A DNA stretch of 64,000 bases from Podarcis melisellensis (Eukaryota). The translations under genes and the position numbers were made by a program. Position 1 is the stretch's first letter; the number at the start of each line of letters is the position of its first letter. The notes under the pieces were generated by a model. The model was not told the origin of the DNA. It did no database searches and saw only the letters and a program-made list of their open reading frames with translations. Location: the NCBI GenBank assembly GCA_964234715.1, contig OZ174276.1. One strand, given 5' to 3'. Positions 1 through 12,900 of the stretch are shown in pieces.

Positions 1-28
1 TTCGGTGAGAAACATTAGTGTTGTATAA

Positions 29-164
29 CAGGCTTAGGCAAACTCCGGCCCTCCAGGTGTATGGGATTACAATTCCCATCATCCCTGACCACCGGTCCCA
101 TTAGCTAGGGATGATGGAAATTGTAGTCCCAAACATCTAGAGGGCCGGAGTTTGCCTATGCCTG
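29..164. mobile_element. Palindromic hAT MITE
   Basis: Near-perfect fold-back; 8-bp TSD ttgtataa/cagtataa. Confidence 0.85.
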
Positions 165-1899
165 CAGTATAAGGTTGGGGAAGAAGAGAGGGGGGAAAGA
201 AGGAGAGGGGGGGTGGGATGATAAAATGTACATTCTTTTATTTAGTATATGTGTGGGGGTTTTGTAAGGCATGCTTTTAATGGTAAGCTCCCACCCTGAT
301 TATCAGTGCGATGGATCCTAACAACGGGTTGGCAGTGGCATCCTTCTCTATTATTTACATTTGTATTGTCTAGAGCAGGAATGAGCTGACTTCAAGCTTG
401 TGGATCTACTTTGTGGTTTTTTTCTTGGATGGGAGAGAAATTTATCTCAGTTTGCATTTAAAAACTTGCCTAATTCGCTTTCTCCAAAACAGTAAGTGAA
501 CTGAAACACAGCCATCCTTCAAAATCCACACGCCTAATTTCACAGTGCAATTCTCTAGCCAGGTAACAATGTGTACAGAAATATGCATATACCAGGGTAA
601 TGTGCAACATGATGGCTTAGAAATAGTGGTAGACAAACATTTAGAATTAAGGAAGATTTATTTTCATTACCAGAAGTGAGTTCACTGACCTTTTACACAA
701 AAACCAATTCCTGGTTCCCTCGTAAGTATTGTTCATTTCAGCATCTCAGTTTGGGGTGGGAGGTGGGAATTGTTCCTATTGTTAAGCCATCTGGAGTCAA
801 AAATCTCTTGCTTATCTACTGCAAATTACCTAGAGATCTACAGGTAGATACTGATCTAGTTTCTGTTCACTCTAAACCTTTGGAACTTGGAGCACAGTTT
901 GGCATGAGAAATACATCTATGTAGCCTTCTGGTCTTGAAAAACCTATAGGGCGCACAGCTAGGAACCAGCCTACTGATGAAATAAGGGCCTAGTTTAAAA
1001 GCCTTTTAAATGCTTTCTAAATTATGAGACGCACATAGTAGCAGCTGGGAAAAAGTACAAAGCAGCCTCTCTCCTTTAATTCCCAACCATAGCTGCATTT
1101 TTGTTTACACATTGCAAATTAGCCTGGGGTGGACTTTTATTAGGGCAAATCACAGGACATAAAAAAATGACCACTTCTTGCATGATCCCCACTTAAAACA
1201 CATCTCGTGGCTTAGCGCTTAGAAGAGCCAGCTCTGTACTGACCAATTGCACAAACAGGATTGTGCTTTCAAGTCAACAGTTAGCGGAATTAGGCTGATG
1301 TATAATCAGACTTGGGAAGCTGTGGGCTTTAGTCTAGGGGTACTTAATCTAAAGATGGTGGGGTCCAATTGTTCTTTCACCTATTTGAGGTACAAACAGA
1401 GGATGCCGGTCATTAAGCTTTTGTCTGGCAGCGAAGGAAATAGGGAGCTGGAGCTTGTTGATATAGCAGGAACTTTACTGACCTTTCCTCACGGGGCTGC
1501 GCAGGGCTCAAATACCAAAACACAATGCTCTCTTGACTTCCACAGCATAGGATATTTGGAGGGCCAAGCTCTAAAGAGACAGAAAACTGGGTTGGGGGGG
1601 GGGAAGGGACTTCAAAGCAGTAATCCAGCCAATTTTATTTTGTGTCCGTGTGGATGAAACACTGAAGGACTGGAGCAAATCGTCTTGTGGCACCATCAAG
1701 CTTATCAGATTTGTTTTCCTTCCCCTGCTATCTGACAACCCCTTTTGCAAATTTTCGTTGCAGACGTTCAGCTGGGTTGGGCTCTGTCTCACTCCTAGCG
1801 GCAACCCCTTTTCCTGTGGGTGGGAGTATTTTTTTTTCCCCTTCGAGAAAAGAGCATGTGTTTGGGAAGAAAGGAGTGCAGGCTTGGCTGCCCGAGCTG

Positions 1900-2010
1900 T
1901 TCTTGCCCATACAGGTGTGCGTAACTCACAGGCATGCCAGACAGACCTGAGTCACGGACAGCCACCCCTCCTCCCCTCTGTGCGCACACCTGAGCTAAAA
2001 TAAAACTGTC
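1900..2010 (+). promoter_or_regulatory. Candidate ITGB4 proximal promoter (AP-1, E2-boxes, p53/p63-like half site)
   Basis: TGAGTCA at 1948-1954, CAGGTG at about 1912, CACCTG at about 1987, AGGCATGCCA at 1930-1939, and a C-rich box, all just upstream of a good donor at 2184/2185. Motif evidence only. Confidence 0.4.
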
Positions 2011-2184
2011 TCTTCAGACTCCACTTGCCTGAGAGCTGTTCCCATTACTGCTCTGCAACTCTTCCATATGCTCTTGGTGAGAGAAAGGCAGCCAGAGGGT
2101 GCTAAAAAGCAGAAGTAAAGAGAGAGGAGAGAGAAGGTGGAAGTCAACAGCATTTGATCAGAAGGAACCAGGAGCCCTGCAAAG
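2010..2184 (+). other. ITGB4: Candidate non-coding exon 1 of ITGB4 (start approximate)
   Basis: Donor AAG|GTATGT at 2184/2185 downstream of the motif cluster. Exon 2 has a splice acceptor 11 nt before the ATG, so an upstream UTR exon must exist. Its identity here is inferred. Confidence 0.4.
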
Positions 2185-3212
2185 GTATGTCACATCCACC
2201 AGTTCCTTCTTCCTGCCTTCCTTCCTGAGGATTTCCATTTGGCATCTAAAATAAAAACAGGAGTTGGGGGAGCTGGGGGCGGGGGAAGAGCCAGGAAAAA
2301 ACCACCACTTTCATTTGGAAATGGCAATGAAGCAGTGAAGTCCTCCCTCCGCACCCCGCACAACTCTTGCCTCTAGAGGAATTTCTTGGCTTGGTGTGTG
2401 GGTGCCTGCTATTTGGATTGTTGCTCAGGATTTGGACTTTGAATCAGACCCAGCACTAATGAGGTTTGTGGAATTAATTCATGTCTGTTCTCAGCCACTG
2501 AGCTTCCTTTATTTTTATGTTTTTGCCTATCGATTAACCAGAGAGACGTTAAATGAAGCGTAGGGCTTCCCACCCAGGTAGGCACTAGGACACTGTGTGT
2601 TCATGTATACTTTCAAAAAGTTTGTAATGTGCTTTCTCTTCTCTTTGCGCCGCTTGAACCTGGCACAAGTTGTTGATCAGCCAGTTTGATGTTGCAGAGC
2701 CAGGCAAGTTTTTTCCTTCTTCCTGGAGATTCGTTTGTTTGAACAACAACCACACAAGAAAGCTGTACTGTATCTGTAATTCATTCACACATGCCACCAG
2801 CACTGGCATGCAACTTGTATTATGAAATAATGGACAGTTTCTAGGCAGATGTTCAGATTGTGGATACTATCCTAGCATGTTGATGCAAATGATTGAAGAG
2901 GCTTAACCTGTTTAATGCCTACCTGCCATGCAACTATGAAATTTGTTAAAGGCATAGGAGCGCTTATAGGGGTGGGCTGGGGAGATGACAGAAGCTGTGC
3001 TTTTGTAAGATGAATCATTTATTAAAGTCTGGGACGATGGACACATACTCAAGCTTCTTATCTAGATAGGAGTTTGTATTTCAGACTAAGAATGTTTAAA
3101 CAGTGTTGTGATGTGATTTCCGTTTAACTGAAAATAAAACATTTGTCCTGATTGCAGATTCTGATGTAGCATGTCCAGGAAAGGAAGGCAAATGTGAGGG
3201 ATGGAATAAGGC

Positions 3213-4075
3213 AGTATCAAGTATCAAACCTTTATTGCATTAGCATACAGCCATAGCAAGATAAGACAAAAATGCTAGAGACAAGCAACCAAACAAAATT
3301 CAAAGCGATATTACTGGCGTTATAACATTTAAATTACCCTAAGACAATAATGTAAAGATTTAGATGCCAGCGCCGGGAATCTAAAATGCGGATGTATATA
3401 AAGCATATAATGGCCCCAAAAAAGGCTCGGCACATTAGGTTAAAAGGTAATAAAAAGAATTCAAACAGGTCCAGGTCTAGGACACACTACCCAGTCAGAG
3501 TAGCCCTGAGTTTCAAAGCCTGCACTATAAAGATTGCCACCCCACGTGAAATTTGGGGATTTGCGTCCACAAGAAGTGATTTCAAACAGTCTTCCTTAGA
3601 TGTGATGGTGGACGGGATCAAGAGGAGGAGCTTAGTTCTTATTAGCTCATAAATAGGGCAGTAGAAAAAGAAATGTATGAAGTCCTCTACTTCATTCATT
3701 GTGCATGGACATAGACGCTGAGTAATAGGGGTCTTAGAGTAAATCCCCTGCAAGAAGGCCGTGGGTATAGAATGGAAACGGGCCATGGTAAACGCTCTTC
3801 TCAAATTGGGCTCAGTCAGGTCTATCAAGTAGTTGGCAAGTGATCTTACCACTTTCACTTTAGGGAGCCACATGGAGAGGCGAGCTGTGGTGGACTGTAC
3901 CCGGTCCATGGCCTCGTCTCTTGTAAGAATCCAGGCCCGGATTTTATGTTGGTCCCAAGATGACAGCATGTCAAGATCTGGGAGGGAGTAGCGTGCAGTA
4001 ATAGAATAAGGCAGGGAAATGGTGTGCAAGAGGTTTTGTGAAGGACTGTCTGAATGCGAGAGACAGCTCGGAACA
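3213..4075 (-). mobile_element. 5'-truncated non-LTR retrotransposon 3' end (RTE-X-like; clade tentative)
   Basis: ORF 3487-4029 carries the C-terminal RLCPC...VEDFIHFFFYCPIY zinc-knuckle; the 3' end has AATAAA followed by (TTGATAC)2. Confidence 0.75.
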
Positions 4076-4163
4076 GAATAAGCAGGAAGCGTGATAGAAC
4101 GACAAATAAGATGGAATTATATGTGATGGGAGAGTAGAGTGGATGTCAGAGAATGGGTTACAG

Positions 4164-4300
4164 CAGGCATCCCCAAACTCGGCCCTCCAGATGTTTTGGG
4201 ACTACAACTCCCATCATCCCTAGCTAACAGGATCAGTGATCAGGGATGATGGGAGTTGTAGTCTCAAAAACATCTGGAGGGCCGAGTTTGGGGATGCCTG
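4164..4300. mobile_element. Palindromic hAT MITE (same family as 29-164; decayed relatives near 6240, 28800, 36110, 46330, 53600)
   Basis: TIR caggcatccccaaactcggccctccagatg; perfect TSD ggttacag. Confidence 0.92.
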
Positions 4301-7300
4301 GGTTACAGTGTAATTTAGAGGTCAGGCCATGCTTCACTGAAGCTCAGCCTCACAGACCTTTATTCAGTGTGAAGGCTCAGCAGTTACACATGCAAAGTAG
4401 CAATAAACAGAATGCCTCTGAACATGTGCAATGAATCATAGTCAGAAGGGACCTTAGAGGTCCTCCAGTCCACTCCCTACTCAAAGCAGGATCTGCAGTG
4501 CAGGATGCATTTACAGCATCCCTGGCAATCCTCTGCCAGGACAACCCCCGACAACCCCCCACCCAAAAAAAGGACAGCATACTACCCTATTGTGAGGCAG
4601 ACAGTTCTCCTACGATTTCGCCAAGATCTGCTTCCCTGCAATTTCCACTCATTCATTTTAGTCCTGCCTTCTGGACCCACAGAGAGCAAGTCTGCTCCAC
4701 TAAACACCCCACAGCATTCAAAGATTAGTGAGCCTGGTATCCAGGCTGGGGATCCATTTTAAATCTCAAAAGAGGGCAGAGGAAGATCCAGCAGGGTCCA
4801 AATGATTGTTCCTGGTTAGATTTTTCTTTCTAAAGGGCAAATAGGCACTGTTTCATTTTTCCCTGAAGAAAAGGGATTTCTGCATTTGCCATGGATATCA
4901 TAATGCACAAGCCCATTTAGCTTTTAACAGCAGAGTTTCAGCAAACCGGGGAATCGCTTGCCTGTGGGCAAGAATACAAGGAAAGAGAGAACTGGCCTCT
5001 CGCCTCTGTAAATGGCAACCAACACCTCCCTTTGTATGTTAAAACACATCTTTCACGTGGGGCTCTGTTCACCCCATACAGCCCACACTGCAAAATGTTT
5101 TCTAGCCAACGTGTACCCTGTGACTTCATTTGTGATAGAAAGGCTAAGTCGTGAGAATGTAATCACCTGGAAGGAAAGAAAAAGAGAGCTAGCAGATGGA
5201 AAGGACATTCATGAAGTGGTGCTACAGGACTAAACAGATAGCTGAGCACTGGGTAAAGGGAACAAGGACAATGGTGATAAGCTGAGCTAAATCCTCAGGT
5301 GTTCAGGTTTTCTGCTGTGTATATTACAAGAGGAAGAAAGAGGCTTACCTCTTAAATATCCCTCATTGTGCTGGTTGTTCCCCACTGGTTCTTCCATTTT
5401 ATCATGATTTCCTGCCATCCATTGTTGGCAATACATAGTACTGCCTGTCCATGCTTCCTCAAGCAGGCTGGTCTTTGCCAAGTGTGCCGTGTGTAGCTTA
5501 ACTGACGGGGTGAGCCTGAAACACAGAATTCCCCCCTGAAAGAGATCAAACCATGGAGAGGCAGCAGGAATCTAGTGAAAAGGTTGCAACTGCTCAAAAT
5601 AATAGTGTGCCTGGCAGAACCTTTTGTAGCAGACACTAAGAATGGAAACAGAAAGCAGAGATTTGCTCCAGGTTAATGAGCTTTCAAGGCCCAAACAGCT
5701 TTATCGTTTGCTTTAGAGACCACTGGTCTCAATTCTGGTCTATGCTATCTCCTCTTAGTGCTTCAGATGTATACAATGCTCTGGTGCCATAAAACTACTG
5801 CTATTGTAGTTCTGTTTGGGGTGGAGTATTAGCACATGTTTGTAGAGTTCCTTGCACAGGCTTCTCTCTCGGCAAGAAATTCTGAGGATGTAGCTACACC
5901 CTGCTGCCATGCAGCCTCATTCAGAAAGATGACAGGGTGGTAGCAAAATATCTAGTAGCGATACCTGTTACACGTACCTCTTTACTGTTGTGTACTTAAA
6001 ATTATACCTTATATTTGAAGATATCCTCTATTGGCCTTTCCCAATCTTTTGCATCTTTCTTTTAAGATTTTATTATGAATTATTATCAAAGTGGGAATCG
6101 TTCAGTTTGGTTCTGGGGTGTTTTATTTATTGTTCACAGCTACTTTTGTTATGTTTGTAACTATGTAAATCTTGTCATGTTGTAAGCAGCCTTGAGCAGG
6201 GTTTTTAATTGTGTGGAAAGGCGGAGTCCTGCCTGGTGCCCTCCAGATGTTTTGAACTAGCACTCCCATCAGCCCCAACCGGCACAAGCAATAGGGGTGA
6301 TGGGAGTTGTAGTCAAACAACGTTAGGAGGGTACCAAATTGGGGGAGGCTGCTTGACATGTATCTACTATGGTGACAAAAGCTGATTCTACTTCTTTAGC
6401 ATCTTCTTTAGTGTAACTTCAAACTACTGTATTTTACAAATATAAGCTGAGAATTGAACTTCTGCAAAACGACTCACACCAGAAATTAGAAATTAAGTTC
6501 TGGAATAATTGACTGTCCTTAAGTAGACAAGACTTCTGGTTCCCCCAATTGACTCTTCTCCCTTCTGATCTTAGAACTGTTTAGTATAGTAAATGAAGTT
6601 CTTCTCCATGAATGCCCAAAAACTTCTTCATGTGTTCAGATGAAGCCAACTGGACCCAGAGTTCAAGTTGGAGTCCAACAACTTCTAAAGGGTCACAGGT
6701 GCCTCACTGCTTTTTTACAAGGAGGTTGTGTAAGAGCTGAACTTCTACTAAGTCAGACAAGACATATTTGTGTGAAGGGCGACTGTGTATAGATTTGATG
6801 TGATGAATGAGAGGCCTGTTTTGTTTTTTGTCTCTGGTGGGAGGGAATAACCAGGAACCAGCTTGTCTGCGACTCAGCCAAAGGTTGTGATATCAAGCAT
6901 TTGGGCTATCTGACATGCCTTCCGTTTTGCTATCTGTATGCCTGCAGTCTCTCTTTCGCTATCTCTCAAGCTGCTCCCTTCTCCTCCTTTAAGCCAAATT
7001 CTTCTAGGAAACATTTCTTTCCTGGGTCATTATAACCCCAGTTTCCCCCACCCAGTACTTCCTCATATTGGTTAACACTTCTCTTATCCTCTGATTCAAG
7101 CTCTGCCCTTTTTCTCCCCTTTGCAACATTACTGTACTTAGATCTCATGCTTTGTCTGCAGAGGTGTTTTGTCTTATAAAACAGTACCAAATAGATGTGC
7201 AAATGTCTCATCTTCACACCTTTTGGGCTTCCACTTCCATGTCCAAAGCGGAATTGTGCACTTGGGGTGGGCATGTGTAGGCTGTGTGTCTCTTTCTGTA

Positions 7301-7468
7301 TTCTGTACGGTGCCAGTAGAGTAGGCTATGTGAAATGGAAGGCATAAGGGTTGAAGATAGCAGTCAAAAAACATGAAGGCAGTTTCTGCCTCAAGGCTTA
7401 GAAACCAGCACTAATCTCAACACAGGTCCATCCCCATTGTCCTAGTTATACATTTATTCTACTGTCAT

Positions 7469-7472
<4 letters not shown>

Positions 7473-7547
<75 letters not shown>
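7473..7547. repeat. Compound (CT)n(CA)n microsatellite
   Basis: Seen directly. Confidence 0.97.
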
Positions 7548-7549
<2 letters not shown>

Positions 7550-8053
7550 TCTGTAGATACATTAAATTTTCTTCCAAAGTTGCTTGCAGAACAAATCTGG
7601 AGTTGGACAAACGTTAACATTTTTGCACACACACACACAAAAATAGCAGCTGCATCAAACTATAAAGGTAAACAGAGATACAGCTGGGTTGCCACCCGCT
7701 GGCCATGCTGGTGCACAAAGGCAAACAGCTCAGAAACAAGACATCGTGGAAAATCCACAATGGGATTAAGCCTGACCTACCACACACTTGCATTTCCCCT
7801 GCTTTAAATAAATGGTATGTGGGAAAGGGTTAAACTCTCTCTCCAACACCCTAATCCTAGTCCAAATAAACCCCATATCGCACAGCAGCTTATATGCAAA
7901 GAGAAAAATTTGGATCATGGACCTCCAATATCACATTTAGCTGGGTGCTTTGCCGCCCTCAACACGTATATTGCTTCTGCAACAATTGGCCAAGATGCTC
8001 GGATCCTTCAAAGTTCAAGTGTTGGAGATGTTCCCAAAATACACATAGACAGC

Positions 8054-8211
8054 CATGGGTGTAGCCAGGATTTTTTGGGGGGGGGCAGCCAAAGTTGTTC
8101 AGCTTTTTTAGGGTATACTAAAAAAGAGGACATTACGGGGATCAGCCTTTTTCAATGCTTTTCAATTATTTTTGTGGGGGGGTGCCCCCCCTTTGACCCC
8201 CTACACCCATG
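8054..8211. mobile_element. hAT MITE
   Basis: TIR catgggtgtag/ctacacccatg; TSD tagacagc/taggcagc. Confidence 0.85.
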
Positions 8212-9200
8212 TAGGCAGCCACTACTGTGTGTAGAGGGAGGTAAGCCAAATGGGCAGGCTGGTACCTTTATTGGGCCAACGTCTGTTGACGTAAACATGT
8301 GCAATCTTCCATATTTCACTAAACATCTACCTCTGCATTCTACTTGAGCGAAAGCTTTGTGTAAGCCCTGAAATCTTGCATTATTCTTTCACCAACTACC
8401 AAAGGGGGTTGGGTTGTGGGGGACCTTATCTGTTTTGATGTTTACATACAGTGTATGTGCTTATAGCCTCTCCTATCACGAGGTTTCAGGATCATGGGTT
8501 GTCTGAAACGGCCAATCAGAGAGAGTTAGGAAGTTGATATTAGCATTGCATCAGACTCAAGAAGAAGCATCAAGCTTCTGGACCAAACGGTTGAGAGAAC
8601 TTGCATCCCGCTAGTTCTGTGCTTTGTACCTGAGCTTTCAGGGATGAAGAGGGAGGTTTGTGGGCCTTGCGAAAACAGAATTCTGGAAGGGTGTGTGCAA
8701 AAAAAAGCCACCACAGAGACAGCACGCAGCCCACAGACAGACAGAGAGGGGAGGGGAGCAAACACAGAGTCCTTTCATATCTTCTGGGATTTGGGTATAA
8801 CAAAAGAGCTGTTGTATCATTTGCTTGCGCTAGCACTGGATGATTCTTGCAGGGCACAAGAAAGAGTTCATCTTCCAGTATCACACAAGCTTAAGGGCTG
8901 CTATCAAGGGACAAAAAACATAGACACCTTCCTGAATGTACAAGTGTGGGGGTGGGGATAAGAGAAAGCGCTCACTGCTTCTCTCTCCCCCCCCCCCCCG
9001 GCCACTTTCTTCTTTCCCCCAGTCTTTCAGCATTGTGTCAAAGGTTTCACATAAACAACAGATTGATTGTTTGTTGCATTTTTATATCGCTCTTCTTACT
9101 ACACGCAGCTTAGGGTAATGTTCAGTAATGTTCAAACAACATCCAGTCTATTGAAATGCATGCATAAAAACATGTTAGAATATCCTCCAATGAACCATAG

Positions 9201-9967
9201 TGTCACGGCCACCCAGGTCTGGTCCCAGCTCACAAGAGACCTCACTCCGTTGCAGCTTATTTACAGGAAAAGTTTATTGAAGATTTCTGCTTCTCATACA
9301 GTTCAGCATTGTGGCCGTACGTCTGCCACGTTAGACCGCTGAAGTCCCCTCTGACTCCTCCCCTCTTCCGCACCAACTTAATAGCCTGGCTCTAGACCAC
9401 CTCTTCCTCTCCTTTCTTTTCCGCAGGGTCTTCCTGCCCCCCTGGGTTCCCTCTCTCCGTGACTCGCCTGAGGCTGAATCCTCTGCCGCCTCTTCCCCCC
9501 TCTTTCTGGCTTTAGGGCCGGGCTCCTCCCCTGAGCTCTCTCCACTTCCGCGCGCCTCTACGTTTGAACTTGGCGCGCGTACGTTGCTGCTGACCTTTCT
9601 TTCGACCGCTACACCACCCCCTGCTCTGCTCTCCACCCTTTCCGGCTGAACACCCTGCTCCAACCCCCTCTCTCTGTTCTCTCCTAATCCTGCTCCCTCC
9701 GAGAGGCTGACGACTCCACCCCCTTTACTCCGTTCCGGCTGAGACGTCTCTTGCTTCCTCTGTCTTCCACTGGGCTCCTCTCCGCTTCTCCCTTCTCCTC
9801 CCCTTTGCTTGATTAAGGTAACCCCCTTTTGAGAATCCTCTGACTCGCTGCTCAGACTCGTGGATTCCCTCAGAATTCCGTCATCTTCTTCCTCATCCTT
9901 CTGCCCCTCCTCCCACTCGCTCTCCGTCTCCTCTGTCATCTCCTCCTCTCTCCCAGAAACCCTGACA
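9201..9967 (-). repeat. 3' LTR
   Basis: Preceded on the - strand by a polypurine tract; AATAAA at 9278-9273. Confidence 0.97.
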
Positions 9968-12900
9968 TCCATCCCCCCCTCGAAGCCCCCCCTTCCCCCC
10001 TCCCGCTCGCCGGGGACCGGTTGTGGAAACTGCGGCTCTTCGGGGGTAGGCTCAGGATACAGGTCGTGTACGTCAATGTTCTCTGCTGGCAGTTCTGTGT
10101 AAGTGTATTCGAAGTCGGGTTCTTCCCCCAAATGCTTCTCAGTCTCTGCTTCCATCGCTACTTCCTCCGGTGCTGCCCGCCAAGGACCTATCAGCCACCT
10201 CTTACGCCATTCCTCCTCTGGCTGCTCCTCCCACCAATAAGGGGTTTCCGTGTCCACCCCCGAGCACGATCCCCTGGGCGGGCTTGATTCTGGTGTTCTT
10301 TCCTCGGGGGAAGAGAAACCCCTGAACGTGCTATCTGACAATGTGGGTGTGAAAAGCCAGTCATCAAAGTACTCAGCTGGCATGGGCCTATGTGGGAAAA
10401 GTGCATGGAACTCTTCTTTCAAAAGGGGTTCGTCTAACTCGTAGCCTGGCACCCAACTATTAGCAGCGGCTGGTGTGCCCTCCCTGGCGAGAAAATATTC
10501 AACTCCCTCCTCCCCCCATCTCGAGTCCAGTATCTCTGTGACCTCGTTAAGAGGTTCTGGTCTTGGCGATTCCCCCCTCTCAGGCGCCCTCCTACGTGGC
10601 TCTGGGGGTGCTCCTGACTCTTGAAACCTGTGTGGGGTTTTGTAGGGAGTGAGCACCGACCTATGAAAGACCGGGTGCACCCTGGAACCTTCCGGAAGGG
10701 CTATACGAAAAGCCACCGGATTGATCTTAGCCTCAACTTGATATGGCCCTAGCTGCCTGTGTCCTAACTTCTTCTTGGCCAATGACCTGGCCGGCATCGC
10801 GTGGGCTGCTAACCACACCCAGTCCCCAACCTGGATGTCCTCTCCCGCCCTCCTGTGCTTATCGGCCTGCACCTTATACGCCTGTTTTGCCAGCTCCAAA
10901 TGTCTCCGCAGCTCCTCGTGCACCTCTTGCAACTCCGCTGCAAACTGGTCGGCATCTTGAGGCCCCCCCCCTCCTGGTGCCGCAAATCTCGGGAAGGTTC
11001 TGGGATGACGGCCATTGTTCGCGAAGAAAGGCGTCACCCCGGTGGAAGCGTGTTTCGTGTTGTTGTAGGCGAATTCAGCCATCGGCAGATAGTCCACCCA
11101 CGCCGCAGGTCGCTGGTTGGCGTAGCACCGCAGGTACTGCTGCATGATCGCGTTGACCCTCTCCGCTTGACCGTTGGTTTGTGGATGCCTCGCCGATGTC
11201 AGGTTGATTTTGACGTGCAAGATGCCCAGAAGCTTTCGCCAGAAAGTGGAAACAAACTGGCGCCCCCTGTCGGACAAGACGGACTGCGGAAGTCCATGCA
11301 CTCTGAAGACGTGATCGATGAAGAGCTTTGCGGTCTGTTCTGCCGTCGCCACCTTGGCACAAGGGATGAAGTGCGCCATCTTGGTGAACAAGTCCACCAC
11401 CACTAACACCGCCGTCTTACCTCTGGAGCTGGGCAGGTCTGTAACAAAGTCCAACGCTACCCTCTCCCATGGTTGCTGCGGTGTCTCCAGCGGTTCTAGC
11501 AATCCCGCCTGCTTCTGGTGCACTGGTTTGGACCTCTGGCAGATATCACACCTGGCGACGTAGTCCGCCACCTCTCCTCTCATCTGGGGCCACCAAAAGT
11601 CTCTAGCCACCAACTCCATCGTCTTTTCTTTGCCGAAATGGCCTGCACTAGGGGCGTCATGCAACTGTTGCAGAACCTTGGCTCGAAGCTCGTCGGTGGG
11701 CACGTAAAGGGCACCCTTACGAGTCAAAAGTCCATCTTGTAATTGAAACTCATCGTTGTGTCGCGACCCTCCGCGTAGCTCCTCCATCTTAGACTGTGCA
11801 AACTGATCCCTTTGCAACGCGCGTCGCACCGCGTCCAGGTCGACTGCGATGGTAGCGCACGTCCACGCCTGCGGTGCGAAAATGTGCTTTGCTGCGATTG
11901 GAGCTGCTTCCTCCAAGTATTGCGGCTTTCGGGACAGCGCGTCTGCAATAACATTGGAGTCTCCTGGGATGTATTCTATTTTGAAGTCGAAGTCCGCAAA
12001 GAACTCCGCCCAGCGCATGTGTCGCTGGGTCTGCAACTTAGCCGTCCGCCAATACTCTAAGTTCTTGTGATCCGTGCGGACCTGCACCGTGTGCTTGGCT
12101 CCTATTAAGAAGTGTCGCCACGCTTTGAAAGCTGCATGAATGGCCAACAACTCCCTGTCCCATATGGTATAATTGCGCTCCGTCTTGCTGAGCTTCCGGG
12201 AGTAGAACGCACCCGGTCGCCAGTTGCCTTGTGAATCCTCTTGCAAAAGAACGGCCCCAACCGCTCTATCCGACGCATCGGTCTCTACCCGCATGGGTCT
12301 GCCGGGATTCACGTGGAGCAGCTGCTCTTCGGAGGCGAAAAGACCCTTAAGCGTCCGGAAGGACCGCTCCGCTTGTTCGGTCCAGACGAACTTCTTCTTC
12401 TTGGAACTGAGGGTGTCAGTGATCGCCGCCGTCGCGTTCGCAAAACCTTTAATAAACTTGCGGTAAAAATTGGCAAAGCCGATGAACCTCTGGACCTCTT
12501 TCCGATTTCGAGGGCTTTTCCAGTCCAACAGCGCTTGAACCTTAGCCCTGTCCATGGCCAGTCCCTCGTCGGACAACTTGTAGCCAAGGAAATCAACCTC
12601 TCTGACATCAAACTGGCATTTTTCCAACTTGGCGTACAGCCTGTGGTCCTTCAGCCTCTGCAGGACCTCCCTCACGTCCTTATCGTGATCCTCCGACGAT
12701 TCCGAGAAAATCAGGATATCGTCGAGAAAGCAGACACACTTCTTGTAGAGGAGACCTGCTAGCACGTGGTGCATAAATGCTTGAAAAACGTGGCTGCCAT
12801 TTTGGAGGCCGAAAGGCATGACTCTGTATTCGTATGTGCCCAGAGGGGTGAACATGGCGGTCTTCCACTCATCTCCTTTCCGGATGCGGATGAGATTGTA

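Noticed and set aside
7817-8347. 176-aa ORF with an ATG start
   Set aside because: It runs across a hAT MITE and has no recognisable protein features.
9331-10390. Pol tail as an env gene
   Set aside because: It has no signal peptide, TM helix or Cys pattern, is in frame with integrase, and is highly charged.
12715-12735. FLDD instead of YLDD as an inactivating RT mutation
   Set aside because: Both catalytic aspartates are retained and FxDD occurs in functional RTs.
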